A DNA stretch of 64,000 nucleotides. It comes from an archaeon. Its GTDB lineage: Archaea > Micrarchaeota > Micrarchaeia > Norongarragalinales > UBA97. Position 1 is the stretch's first letter. Every line of letters begins with the position of its first letter. The position numbers and the translations under genes were made by a program. Below, piece after piece: positions 48,155 through 57,948 of this stretch. Location: contig JAGVFW010000013.1 of NCBI GenBank assembly GCA_020057405.1, forward strand, positions 32,001 through 96,000. The letters are read 5' to 3'. The notes beneath the pieces were generated by a model. That model made no database searches. It saw nothing but the letters and a program-made list of their open reading frames with translations, and was not told the DNA's origin.

Positions 48155-48978
48155 TTTCTCCCTCCGCACAGTGCAATCGTTTCTTTCTTTAGTTGGTCGG
48201 CGAGGGCTTGGTTGCGGATGACTGCAACTGGCACTCGCGCCTTTTTCATGAAAACCGCCTCGTAGAAGCTGTCGACATCGAAGTCGCTCATTTTGGAGGC
48301 GGAGTTGTAGACTTTGTCGAGTGCTTTCTTGAACTCGAGCGGGTAGTAGACGCGCACAACGAAGTCCTTGTAGACGACGGTATCCGTGCTCGTCGCTTCC
48401 TTCACGCCAATCCGGTGCTTCAGCTTGGAGTTCTTGCGCCAGTAGTCCGCGCACCAGCGGTCAAGCGGCGTGTCGGCAGGCGTTATCGAGTAGCTGTCGG
48501 ACACGCTTACCAGCTCCTTCATGCGCAAGTAAGTCTCGCGGTTGAGGAACAGGGGAACCCAGAAGTGGCACCACTGCAGCGCCAGTACCTTGTCCTTTGG
48601 GTCAAAAACCTTCTGCGCGAAAGAGACAAGGAAATCGTCAACCTCGGCAACAGAATCAAAAAAAAGCACCGACTGGCCGGCGGGCATGCTTAAACCGGTC
48701 TTCGAATAGGAAGACTTGAGCTCGTCAGAAAACCGTGAGAGTCCATCAATCCAATCAAAGGAAAGAGAGTAACCCTCTGGAGAACGGGAAATCACGCCCT
48801 CCAAAGAAAGCTCGCCTAAAGACTTGTGGATTGCCTGATAAGTAAGGTGCGTTCCGTTCTTCGCAATTGCGGAATGGATTTGCTTGGCAGAGAGCGGCCA
48901 CTTGGCAGAGAGAACACTGATAATCGCGCTTTTCGCGTCCGCTTTTCCTCGACTGCCTAGAGTAGGTAATTCAATCAT
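48151..48978 (-). CDS. wHTH regulator paralogue
   Basis: WPLSAKQIH..LTYQAIHK..YSLSFDWI; start MIELP overlaps the upstream stop. Confidence 0.8.
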   Translation of the reverse strand: MIELPTLGSRGKADAKSAIISVLSAKWPLSAKQIHSAIAKNGTHLTYQAIHKSLGELSLEGVISRSPEGYSLSFDWIDGLSRFSDELKSSYSKTGLSMPAGQSVLFFDSVAEVDDFLVSFAQKVFDPKDKVLALQWCHFWVPLFLNRETYLRMKELVSVSDSYSITPADTPLDRWCADYWRKNSKLKHRIGVKEATSTDTVVYKDFVVRVYYPLEFKKALDKVYNSASKMSDFDVDSFYEAVFMKKARVPVAVIRNQALADQLKKETIALCGGRK

Positions 48979-49826
48979 TTCCTTCCCCTCCTGAACTCGG
49001 CGAGCGTTTCGTCGATGATTTGTTTTGCCATTGCCTTGTTGCGGGTGATGACTACTGGGACTTTCATGCGGGCGCCGATTCCGACGAGCACGTAGTCGTA
49101 GACGACACGCATTACGCTGGCCGCTGACTGGGACGAGAAAGTCAGGTGCATGAACTTTTTGAATGCGGGGGGCCAGTAGATGTTGATTACGTAGTCGTTG
49201 AAGGCGAGCACGTCGCACGCTTCGGCAACGTCAACACCGGCAAGCCATTTGAGGGCTATTGGACCCTCCAAGTACTTCAGGCAGTAAATGTCCCCAGGTG
49301 AGTTGCCTCGGCAGAGAGCGTAATTGCCCTTGCTTTTCTTGAATCTGGCCATTTTCTTGTATTGCTCCTCGCCAACCATTTGCGCCGCCCAAGCGAACCC
49401 GCAGTGCTGCACAATCACGCTCTTGCCTGCGGCGATTGGAGGCATCTCATCAATGACCCAATAGGGGGCGGAGATTATGCCCGTAAAAGTGTAGGAAACC
49501 GAAGAGTTGGGAGGAATTTCCAAGAGACGAGGAGGCTCTCCGCCCGAATATCGCTTGCTAGCGTCATTCCACCAAGCTTTCTGCGCTTCGACCCACCCTG
49601 GCGAAAGCGAATATCCTTCCGGCAAGCGCGAGATAACGCCATCGGCCGACAACTCGCCCAAGACCTTGTGCACCGCTTGGTAAGTAAGTGGCTTGCCGCC
49701 GTCCTTTGAAACTACAGCGTGCAACTGCTTTGCAAACAAGGGCCATTTGACTGCTAGCGCGTTGATCACGCGCGAGCGGGCGTCATGCCTGCCGCTTGCG
49801 AGCAGTCCCGCGTTAAGTTCAGCCAC
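48975..49826 (-). CDS. wHTH regulator paralogue
   Basis: WPLFAKQLH..LTYQAVHK..YSLSPGWV. Confidence 0.8.
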   Translation of the reverse strand: MAELNAGLLASGRHDARSRVINALAVKWPLFAKQLHAVVSKDGGKPLTYQAVHKVLGELSADGVISRLPEGYSLSPGWVEAQKAWWNDASKRYSGGEPPRLLEIPPNSSVSYTFTGIISAPYWVIDEMPPIAAGKSVIVQHCGFAWAAQMVGEEQYKKMARFKKSKGNYALCRGNSPGDIYCLKYLEGPIALKWLAGVDVAEACDVLAFNDYVINIYWPPAFKKFMHLTFSSQSAASVMRVVYDYVLVGIGARMKVPVVITRNKAMAKQIIDETLAEFRRGRK

Positions 49827-50721
49827 TGCGCTTGCCTCCGGTTTTGAAGTGCGTTGCCAGCTTCCTTCTCATTTCTCTTGCAAGCGCGGCGTTTCGGGTG
49901 ATGACTAGCTTGATTTTGAATTTCTTTTGGAAGCAAATCTTGTAGAGGGAATTGAGGTCCATGATTTTTTTTATCATGTTCTTACTGAACCACGCCATTA
50001 CTTCGGGGGGCGTGTAAATCTGGACGATAAAATCGCCGAAAACCACGGAGTCTACCTTGTTTGCAGGGTCGGTGCCCATAACGTAGGGCGTGCCGAAACC
50101 ACGCTTCCAAAACTCTAGAGTGAACCTATCGAGAAAGAAGTTCGTCGTGCACACGAGCCTTGTGCGGGCCGAGGAAGTAAGCTGCCTGATTTCATCATAC
50201 TCTTTCTTGCTAACAATAAAGACCGGCCAGGCGCCGTACATCACGATGAAAACATCGCCCTCGACCCTGTGCTTGAGAGTATACTCCGCCATCTCGGAAA
50301 GAACCCAGTAAAAGGGCGCGGCCAGACTCTCGTTAAACTCCACAGTTGTGCTGGAATCAGGCGCAATGTCGGCAAACGAAATGCGGTCAGGCGAGACGTG
50401 ACGCACTTCCGCCTCCTGCAAAAACTTCTTAGAACGCGAAATCCAGTCAAGAGACAAACGATAATTGCTAGAAAAATTGCGCTCAAGCACGCCCTCAGAA
50501 GCAAGGCGCCGAACCACCTTGTGGACGGCCTGGTAAGTCAACTGCTTGCCGCCGTCAGATAAAAGAAGCGAGTGAACATGCTTTGCGGACAACGGGGACT
50601 TTCTAGCCAGTGCCGAGATTACACGCGAGCGGGCGTCACGGCGCCCCGACGCTAGGACACTTTCCGAAAGCCCCCGATCTAAGTTGCCAACCAAACCCCA
50701 AACCACCACTCCGCAGGACAC
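49819..50721 (-). CDS. wHTH regulator paralogue
   Basis: SPLSAKHVH..LTYQAVHK..YRLSLDWI; start uncertain. Confidence 0.8.
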   Translation of the reverse strand: MSCGVVVWGLVGNLDRGLSESVLASGRRDARSRVISALARKSPLSAKHVHSLLLSDGGKQLTYQAVHKVVRRLASEGVLERNFSSNYRLSLDWISRSKKFLQEAEVRHVSPDRISFADIAPDSSTTVEFNESLAAPFYWVLSEMAEYTLKHRVEGDVFIVMYGAWPVFIVSKKEYDEIRQLTSSARTRLVCTTNFFLDRFTLEFWKRGFGTPYVMGTDPANKVDSVVFGDFIVQIYTPPEVMAWFSKNMIKKIMDLNSLYKICFQKKFKIKLVITRNAALAREMRRKLATHFKTGGKRSG

Positions 50722-50769
50722 GAAGAGTCCCGGGGATTGCCAACTGGATAGTGGTGACGACCGGCTATA

Positions 50770-50834
50770 AACTTTTAGTTGATTGCAGTTCTACCGCACC
50801 TCTTTATTCGGGCACAAACACAATAATTTCGACA
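50770..50834 (+). promoter_or_regulatory. shared operator/promoter block, copy 1
   Basis: AACTTTTAGTTGATT..TTCTACC..CACAATAATTTCGACA; 54/65 identical to 54386-54450 by manual alignment. Confidence 0.75.
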
Positions 50835-50853
50835 AAGAAGGCGGTGAGCAAAT

Positions 50854-51735
50854 ATGATAGAAAATAATCGTGAGCGGATTCTTCTTCGGCTCTTGCTGAC
50901 GCCGGTTCCTCTCCTTGCACTCGTGACGACCGCACTCTTGCTGGCGGCTGGAACCGCACATGCGGACGGTAACTTCACGCTCATACAATTCAACACTACG
51001 AACATAACCGCCATAAACGCGACGCGGTTGCTGCCGGATTTGATTACTGGATTGTCTGCAGACCGGACGGAACTCTATGTAGGCGAGAGCTTCACCGTAA
51101 CCGAGCGCACGCTCAACATCGGCCGCGGACGCGCGAAGGCGTCGTCAACCGCATCCCACATGGTGTTCAGGGGGAATGGCTATGGCAACGGCGGCTCGGC
51201 GTATGTTCCAAAACCAGTTTTGCGGCCGGGGCAATACGCCGACTACAACGGAACATTCTACTGCGGCGACGTTGGCAACTACACCTTCAGCGCGCAAGCG
51301 GACTACTTCAACAACGTCACCGAGTCCAACGAGACCAACAACAACGCGTGGGCGGCCGTCAACGTGACCTGCACTGCGCCACAAGGGTCGGACCTAGTCA
51401 CGCGGTTCGACAAGGCAACAATAGGAAATTACACATACTACCCCAGCAACGGCAGGATTTTCATTCCGTTCAACACCAACGTTACTTTTTATGAAACGAC
51501 TTCGAACATAGGGGGAGCTTTTGCCTCACCTTCCACCACCGTAATCGGAACTGTCTCCGGTAGGCATTACCTAGCCAAACCGAGCATCGCCCCCAACTCG
51601 TCAATTCAGTCAACATTTACGTACAAGTGCAGATGGGACGAAACAATTAACGTCACTGCAGATTACTTTGGCGAAGTGAGCGAAAGCAATGAATCGAACA
51701 ATTTCGTCGAGCTATACGTCGGTTGCGTGTGGTAG
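50854..51735 (+). CDS. secreted protein with two CARDB-like Ig domains
   Basis: Signal peptide; PDL..ADYFNNVTESNETNN and SDL..ADYFGEVSESNESNN. Confidence 0.85.
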   Translation: MIENNRERILLRLLLTPVPLLALVTTALLLAAGTAHADGNFTLIQFNTTNITAINATRLLPDLITGLSADRTELYVGESFTVTERTLNIGRGRAKASSTASHMVFRGNGYGNGGSAYVPKPVLRPGQYADYNGTFYCGDVGNYTFSAQADYFNNVTESNETNNNAWAAVNVTCTAPQGSDLVTRFDKATIGNYTYYPSNGRIFIPFNTNVTFYETTSNIGGAFASPSTTVIGTVSGRHYLAKPSIAPNSSIQSTFTYKCRWDETINVTADYFGEVSESNESNNFVELYVGCVW

Positions 51736-51946
51736 ACGAAAACGCATTGACGCGGAATCCACACGAGAAGCTGGTACTGAAAGCAATGCGGCGGTTGTTG
51801 ACCCGGTCACCGGCGCGGACATTGCAAGCGGCACCGTAAGCCCGAGAGGAAGCGCACTTGAAATCAGGTCGCACTCCCAGTTGGCAATAAGGTACGCAAG
51901 CGAACTGGCAAGCGCGAAGTTCTCCTTTGACAAGATGAATTAAGCG

Positions 51947-52807
51947 ATGGGGCAGGTGGTTGGAATGGGTTTGCTTGGAAAACTTTTGGGCGGAGAAAAG
52001 CCTATGCCCAAGAAGAGCGGGGGGCACGGCAGCCACTGGCAAACGCTTTTCCCCCAGTTGGACGACGTGTTTGTAAAAGCGCTCGTGGCCGGAGCGGAGT
52101 CAAGTAAGGTAGAATTAAGCCGCAAGGGCACGTTTGCAGGAATGCGGGACACTACGCTGGCGTACGCGGTGTTTGGAGAGAAACTTGCGTTCGTTTACGC
52201 GCTTTTCTTAAAAGAAGTCGAACGCGATGGAAAGAAGCTGAAAGGCCTGATTGTTGACGAACCGTTCACCGCATACCCCGCTTACTTTGCCGCAAAGCCA
52301 CATAACGGCACGATCAAGGCGGTTGAGGAATGGGCAAACGGGACCGAAGCGCAGGTGCAAGTCAAGCTCGACGCTGGACCTGCTTTGTGGTTTTTCGCGA
52401 CCGACTACTTGGAGAAGAAGGAAAAGTACGCAGTTGGAAGCAAGGCGGCACCCAAACTCGCGGGTTTTGCATATCGGCTGAACAAATTAGGCGACGAAAA
52501 ACGCGAAGTCACGCTTCCTGACGGGAGCAAGGCGTCAATGGACAACTTCGCGGGCATTATCCCCATGCAGATGACGCACAAGGCTGGCGATGTCGACGAT
52601 TATGCCGTGTGGGCGAAGGTAGAGCGGCTTTCGCAAGAGAAAACGCCAGTTAGCGCGAAAGTCGTCGAGGCGATTGTGGCGTACGGAGGCGAAAACCACA
52701 AGACAGCCATATCGATTCCCATCGTGACCACGGAAAAAACACTTCCCGATGCAGTCAAGCCCGGCGAGAAAATCACGGGAACGATTTGGTTAACTGGATC
52801 GCTTTGA
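51947..52807 (+). CDS. hypothetical protein
   Basis: 286-aa ORF with host-like codon usage; no motif recognised. Confidence 0.7.
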   Translation: MGQVVGMGLLGKLLGGEKPMPKKSGGHGSHWQTLFPQLDDVFVKALVAGAESSKVELSRKGTFAGMRDTTLAYAVFGEKLAFVYALFLKEVERDGKKLKGLIVDEPFTAYPAYFAAKPHNGTIKAVEEWANGTEAQVQVKLDAGPALWFFATDYLEKKEKYAVGSKAAPKLAGFAYRLNKLGDEKREVTLPDGSKASMDNFAGIIPMQMTHKAGDVDDYAVWAKVERLSQEKTPVSAKVVEAIVAYGGENHKTAISIPIVTTEKTLPDAVKPGEKITGTIWLTGSL

Positions 52808-52809
52808 GA

Positions 52810-52840
52810 CAATCAACTTTTAGTTGATTGTGGTTCTACC
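52810..52840 (+). promoter_or_regulatory. palindromic operator, copy 2
   Basis: CAATCAACT-TTT-AGTTGATTG (perfect 9-bp arms) then TTCTACC. Confidence 0.8.
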
Positions 52841-52875
52841 CAACAAATAAGATTCTGCAAAAATAAAACAAGTTA

Positions 52876-53778
52876 GTGAACATCGAAGTTGTTGATTGGA
52901 AGATTATTGGAACCTGCAATTTGCGTTGTTTGCACTGCTACGGCCCGCCCAAAACGGATACGGCCCTCCCATTAGAGAAATTACTAGCAATCATCGACAA
53001 GTTCAAACTTCTTAAAATAAAATGGGTGGTGCTAACTGGAGGTGAACCCTTGCTCGTACAGAATATAGAAACAGTATTCCGTCACTTAAATCAGCACAAC
53101 ATCAAAATCGCTTTATCGACTAACACCACCTACTTCAGAAAATTTCAACCATCCATTGAAAAGTACGTTTCGTCACTGAATATTCCGATTGACGGTTCCA
53201 CACCAGAAATTCACGCTAAATCACGTAAAGACACGGCGTCATATCATTCAGCAGCCGATGTCCTTAAGTTCTACCTTGAAAATCCGGAAAATAAACCCGA
53301 ACTACTTCGAGTGGGGACTGTTTTCTCGAAAGCTAACCAAGGAGATTTCATCAACATTGCAAGGCTGCTTGAACCCTACGAATCAATCATAAGCACGTGG
53401 AAGATCTACGAATTAATGAACTCCGACACGCACCTTGATCTCAGAGCGCCGATTCTCCACGAACACGCTAATTTTGAACTGGAAATGGAGGAACTACACT
53501 CTACGGGCTTGCTTTCATCGAAAATATTGGTTTCCCGCGCTAGCTCGAGAAATAAGGCCTACTTTATGCTTAATCCCCAAGGGCAAGTCGTAGTTCCGAC
53601 AAACCTAGATGGCATCTCCACGGACATGCCTGCCGGAGACTTCTTATGGACTCCAACGGACAAGTTGTTGGCACGCTGGCAAACAATGGTTTCCACAGAA
53701 AACTATAACTCAAACCACACTCGCCACTATGGCAAGATTAAGCTAACTCCGATTATGCTTGAGATGAAAGCGCGATGA
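52876..53778 (+). CDS. radical SAM enzyme, viperin-like
   Basis: CNLRCLHC, TGGEP, STN, IDGS, RVGTV, WKIYE, YFMLNPQG. Confidence 0.85.
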   Translation: MNIEVVDWKIIGTCNLRCLHCYGPPKTDTALPLEKLLAIIDKFKLLKIKWVVLTGGEPLLVQNIETVFRHLNQHNIKIALSTNTTYFRKFQPSIEKYVSSLNIPIDGSTPEIHAKSRKDTASYHSAADVLKFYLENPENKPELLRVGTVFSKANQGDFINIARLLEPYESIISTWKIYELMNSDTHLDLRAPILHEHANFELEMEELHSTGLLSSKILVSRASSRNKAYFMLNPQGQVVVPTNLDGISTDMPAGDFLWTPTDKLLARWQTMVSTENYNSNHTRHYGKIKLTPIMLEMKAR

Positions 53779-54344
53779 CTGGGGAACTGATGGACGTAGT
53801 CAACCACGCAAATGCCGTTATTGGAAGCGCGACAGTAAGCGAAGTGTATGAGCGTAAATTATCGCACCGGATAGTACATGTTTTTGTCCTCAACCAAAAT
53901 GGCGAAGTATACCTGCAACAGCGGGCCCTAACTGACTCATTTCTTCCAGGGTACTGGTGCACCTCTGCAGGAGGGCACGTAAGAAAAGGAGAATCGTACG
54001 AAGATGCAGCGCGCAGAGAACTTGAAGAAGAGCTTGGCCTCAAAGATGCACCACTCGCCCCGCTAGGCAGCACTTTTCAATTCCAGCCCGACGAACACCA
54101 ACGCCACCTGCAAGTCTTTGTCGCGTTCTCACCAAAAAGTCCGGCCCCAAACAAAGCCGAGGTGCATAAGGGTAAATTTTTTGACCTAGGGGAAGCGATA
54201 CGAAAAGTCAAGTCAAACAAGCAAATTCATCCTCAACTTCAGCCCTGCTTGGCTCTGCTTTATGAAAACAGGGAAAGGCTTAAGGAAAGTCTGATCTTCT
54301 CTCCGAAAACCGAGCGGGAGCTATCGGCGAAATCCTCAAAATAG
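53775..54344 (+). CDS. Nudix hydrolase (IDI-like subfamily)
   Basis: HRIVHVFV, LQQR, PGYW..SAGGHVRKGESYEDAARRELEEELG. Confidence 0.9.
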   Translation: MTGELMDVVNHANAVIGSATVSEVYERKLSHRIVHVFVLNQNGEVYLQQRALTDSFLPGYWCTSAGGHVRKGESYEDAARRELEEELGLKDAPLAPLGSTFQFQPDEHQRHLQVFVAFSPKSPAPNKAEVHKGKFFDLGEAIRKVKSNKQIHPQLQPCLALLYENRERLKESLIFSPKTERELSAKSSK

Positions 54345-54380
54345 GTTAGTTTTCAGATTGTCGAAATCCCGACATTCCAC

Positions 54381-54450
54381 CAATCAACTTTTAGTTGATT
54401 TCAATTCTACCGAGCTAATTTATTCCGGCACTTCCACAATAATTTCGACA
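54381..54450 (+). promoter_or_regulatory. shared operator/promoter block, copy 3
   Basis: AATCAACT-TTT-AGTTGATT, TTCTACC, and the same downstream block as copy 1. Confidence 0.78.
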
Positions 54451-54643
54451 TGGATGCGCGGGCCAACAAAGTAAAAACACGGGGGCGCTTATTTTCATTA
54501 AGGCGTTCACTGCGGCCAGCGCCAAAATCTCCTCTTCTTAAGTTCGAGCGGGAACCGGCAGCGGAAGGGTTGCCTACCAAAAGCGGATTGCCTCAAAGCG
54601 TATCCGCGCCGGTTGCCCGACTTAAAGGGGACAACGGGAGCAC

Positions 54644-55165
54644 ATGCTGAAAACGCCTAGGAATATCATAATCGAGGGCGTGGAATGCGCAGGCAAGACC
54701 ACGCTAATAGACGCGCTTAGCCGTGAATGCCGCGGGTGGGACATCAAGTACCTGCCGCACAAGGACGGCAACCAATTCAAGAGATACGTGCACGAGTACC
54801 TCACCAACGAAAAGACGATTTTCAACCGCTCGCACTTAAGCGAAGTCGTGTGCGGGAGTTTGTGGAGAGGCGGACCTGGAATGAGTGAAGAGGAAACGAG
54901 TACCCTAAACAAGCTAGTTGGAGAAGAATTCGTCGTGGTGCTTGTTGACGCCGACCCCGAAGTGATTAAACAGCGCTTTAGGGAAAGAGGCTATGTCGAG
55001 GGGGCTAAAATTGACGAAGTGGAAGCCGTCCAAAAGGGATTCAAAAACGCATTTGAAAACGTGACGCACATAACTTGCGTGTCAAACGACGAGGACGACT
55101 TGAAACGAAATGTCGGGACTATAGCGAAGTTCATGAGGGGGATTGCGGATGGAGAAAGTCACTAG
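54644..55165 (+). CDS. thymidylate-kinase-like NMP kinase
   Basis: IIIEGVECAGKTT, FNRSHLSE.V, lid region RFRERG. Confidence 0.85.
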   Translation: MLKTPRNIIIEGVECAGKTTLIDALSRECRGWDIKYLPHKDGNQFKRYVHEYLTNEKTIFNRSHLSEVVCGSLWRGGPGMSEEETSTLNKLVGEEFVVVLVDADPEVIKQRFRERGYVEGAKIDEVEAVQKGFKNAFENVTHITCVSNDEDDLKRNVGTIAKFMRGIADGESH

Positions 55166-55835
55166 AATTCCGACGCCTATCGAAATTCGCGCGATGTACG
55201 ACGAATACGGCGTTCCTATGAGCATCAGGCGGCACATCGAACGCGTGCGCGATGTTGGCGTGGCAATCGCCCAGAGAATGAAAACCGCGGGGACGCCGGT
55301 CAACGTGGGACTCGTAGAAGCAGGTTGCCTGATTCACGACGCGTTCAAGACTGCCACCGTAAGCGAGCTTAAGGCGAACCCGGAATTTGAGCAGCTGGAG
55401 CCTACTGAAAAGGAAATCACGGCCTGGAAAAAACTCAGGGAAGAGTACGGCGGGAAGATGCACGAGACGCTAGTGGCGGCGGAGAAAGTGCGGGAAAAGT
55501 ATCCCGAATTCGCCAAGTTCGTCGCGAACATCGGGTCAACGGGCAATCCGACGTACCTTAACCCGCCTAGCCACGCGCTTGAACTGCAGATACTCCACTA
55601 TGCCGACTGGCGCGTGCAGTTTGTCAACGTCATCCCGTTTGCCGAGCGGCTTGAGTACCTGCGCAAGACTTACTTGCCGCGCCATCCTGACAGGGGACAG
55701 GAGTGGTGGAACGAGATGCTCACGCACGAGTTTGAAATAGAAAAGCGGTTGTTTGAGAAGCTTGACGTAACGCCAGAACAACTCAAAGACATCGTCCCGA
55801 CTCGCGAATATCACGAAAGGCCGCGTAACGCTTAA
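55149..55835 (+). CDS. HD-domain phosphohydrolase
   Basis: RHIERV, LIHDAFK, HE, YADWRV. Confidence 0.85.
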   Translation: MEKVTRIPTPIEIRAMYDEYGVPMSIRRHIERVRDVGVAIAQRMKTAGTPVNVGLVEAGCLIHDAFKTATVSELKANPEFEQLEPTEKEITAWKKLREEYGGKMHETLVAAEKVREKYPEFAKFVANIGSTGNPTYLNPPSHALELQILHYADWRVQFVNVIPFAERLEYLRKTYLPRHPDRGQEWWNEMLTHEFEIEKRLFEKLDVTPEQLKDIVPTREYHERPRNA

Positions 55836-55891
55836 AGTTAATCGAAAGTAGGCAGTCCGGTAGTGCGCCCAAAAGGAAGTGAGCGGTAGCC

Positions 55892-56050
55892 ATGAAAGCA
55901 GAAGGACGGAAGTCGTGTGGAACGTGCGGCAGGATGCAGTTTGTAAAGCAAAACCAATTGTCCCGCCGCAACGACGAGCGGATGCGCCTCACGATGTTCT
56001 TGTGCAAGTACTGCGGCGAAAGCGACGTGGTCGAGGCAGTGCCGCGGTAA
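55892..56050 (+). CDS. small Zn-ribbon protein (not in ORF track)
   Basis: My translation: MKAEGRKSCGTCGR...CKYCGESDVVEAVPR (52 aa, two CxxC). Confidence 0.6.
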   Translation: MKAEGRKSCGTCGRMQFVKQNQLSRRNDERMRLTMFLCKYCGESDVVEAVPR

Positions 56051-56083
56051 AGAAACGAATCGAACAAACGAGGGTGGAAAGAA

Positions 56084-56404
56084 ATGAGTTTAGGTAGGAA
56101 AAGTTTGGTGGCCGTGCTACTGCTAATGGCAGTGCCTCTGGCGTTTGCGCAAACGCCCACGCCGCCGGGACAGGAAGTGGCTGGAAAGTTGTGCAGCATA
56201 GTGGATTTCGTGCAGTACATTGCCGGCGCGGTGGGTATAGTGGTCCTCGCAGTATTGGGACTCCAGTTCGTCACGGTCGGCTCCAACCCCATGAGAAGAG
56301 AGGAGCTAAAGACGCAGATGGGATTGGCGCTGATGGGCTTGTTCATCGTGCTTGTCTCGAAGTCCCTGGTTGGCCTCATACTGCCAAACGCGGCAACCTG
56401 CTAA
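56084..56404 (+). CDS. VirB2/TrbC-like pilin
   Basis: Signal peptide, then two hydrophobic helices joined by GSNPMRREELK..ALMGL. Confidence 0.75.
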   Translation: MSLGRKSLVAVLLLMAVPLAFAQTPTPPGQEVAGKLCSIVDFVQYIAGAVGIVVLAVLGLQFVTVGSNPMRREELKTQMGLALMGLFIVLVSKSLVGLILPNAATC

Positions 56405-56418
56405 AACCGGGTAAGCAC

Positions 56419-57948
56419 GTGGGATGGGTTTTGGCGGCAGCGGTACTGCTTGCAGTGGTCGGGATGGCGGCGGGGGAGAGTGTGCAAGAGATTGTCGCCG
56501 CTACAAACTTGCTTGACAACACTCGACCCGCGTTCCAGCTAGTGCAGGCGGCTAACGCCAACTTGACTTGCTGCGGCAAAGGCCCGCCAGTAGGGGCCGC
56601 CAACGCAAGCTCGCCTGCCGGAACTACGTTTGCGAAGCTCGTGGACTTTAGCCCAAGTGTTTTTGACGTGCTTTCTGGCGAGCTCGTGCTCAATCAAACT
56701 GGCAATGTCACTACCTTTGCTTCTGCGACAATACTCAAGCCGCAGTTAAGCGGGCAAGGCGACTGCAAGACAGTGAAGCTGCTTTCAACAGTAAACTCGA
56801 GCCTGACCCTAACGCAAGTGCCGCAGGGAAAAGTTCTTGCGAGAACAGGACACTTTGAGTCCCCGCAACTTGACTTTAATTCCTTTCAAAACTATTCCGC
56901 CGGTTGGCCAAGGCGAGGGCGCACGGAGCTGCCGTACGACTTGGACGGCGGGGAAGGAAAAGAAGCGCTCGGCTTGAGGCTCAACTACTCGGTTCAAGCG
57001 ACTTTCACCGTAGCGCACTACAAGAACGTGCAACACCGAGTTTGTTTCATCACTTGTTTCTACTACTGGACCTGCGACTACTCAAGCCAAGAACAAAAAG
57101 CCTACCTCTTAGCTGCAGTTCAAACGCAAAACGCATCGTACTACGCAGGAGGGCCCGGGGCCGAGTCGGTAGAAGAACTCGCAAGCGGGGGACTTACGTC
57201 AAACACGACGATTGAGATGAAGACGCCATTCGACTACGTGAAAATCACGGCCGGCGCCGCCACTGCGAAAATCCGCACTGCCGCTTTCCCCCTTTCGTAT
57301 GAGAATTCAAGTTACGAGTTCATCAGGATAAACGCAGTGCCAACGCACGCCAGCGAGACAGTGGGTGCACGTATTTTGAGGGAGTCGAAGTTAGGCACTA
57401 CAGTAAATTTGGAAGTTTGGTTTCCTGCTTCATCACAAGCGCAAGTGCTCCTGCAAACGCCATTCGCGGAGGTACGCTTGGCTGCCAGCATAAGCCGGGT
57501 TAGTGCGGAAAGACTGGCCGTCATCGCAGCGCGGAGCGGTCGGGCTGGAGAGAAAATTAACGCGACTGCTAGCGTAACTTTTGAAAACGGCTCGCCTGTT
57601 GAAGGCAGGCTGGTGAAATTCACTTTGCCGGAATCGGCTGGTTACGACGCGATGACCAACGGCAGCGGGTTGGCCGTCGCGAGCTTTTTGATGCCTGAAG
57701 GGCAAAACGCGGTCGTGAAGGCAAGCGAATCAAACGGGGCGCGGGAGCTCGAGGCGCAAAGCACGGTTTTCGTGCAAAACTCTTCTCCTCGGCTGCTTCT
57801 CGACTACGCCCAACTGGCCTTAGCCTGCGCGATTGGATTTTGGTGCATTCTTTTCGGGCTTGGCTTGCGCCGTGAAGCGAGTCATGCACTTGGGACAGGG
57901 CTTGCTTGTGCGGCAATGCTGTTTGTCGCCTACTCGGTGGTCGGATGA
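56419..57948 (+). CDS. secreted, C-terminally anchored Ig-like surface protein
   Basis: Signal peptide, Cys cluster CFITCFYYWTC, Big-like NGSPVEG..TNGSGLA, two C-terminal TMs. Confidence 0.7.
   Translation: MGWVLAAAVLLAVVGMAAGESVQEIVAATNLLDNTRPAFQLVQAANANLTCCGKGPPVGAANASSPAGTTFAKLVDFSPSVFDVLSGELVLNQTGNVTTFASATILKPQLSGQGDCKTVKLLSTVNSSLTLTQVPQGKVLARTGHFESPQLDFNSFQNYSAGWPRRGRTELPYDLDGGEGKEALGLRLNYSVQATFTVAHYKNVQHRVCFITCFYYWTCDYSSQEQKAYLLAAVQTQNASYYAGGPGAESVEELASGGLTSNTTIEMKTPFDYVKITAGAATAKIRTAAFPLSYENSSYEFIRINAVPTHASETVGARILRESKLGTTVNLEVWFPASSQAQVLLQTPFAEVRLAASISRVSAERLAVIAARSGRAGEKINATASVTFENGSPVEGRLVKFTLPESAGYDAMTNGSGLAVASFLMPEGQNAVVKASESNGARELEAQSTVFVQNSSPRLLLDYAQLALACAIGFWCILFGLGLRREASHALGTGLACAAMLFVAYSVVG

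Noticed and set aside
48155-49218. Long N-terminal extensions given by the ORF track for two wHTH genes
   Set aside because: They overlap the upstream paralogues in another frame; homology begins at ATG 48154 and ATG 48978
51290-51710. AAC-rich near-repeats suggesting a DGR template/variable pair
   Set aside because: They are the ESNExNN motifs of two CARDB domains in one ORF; there is no reverse transcriptase in the window
54450-54650. 66-aa ORF directly after operator copy 3
   Set aside because: No recognisable features; may be a remnant or leader and cannot be supported as a gene
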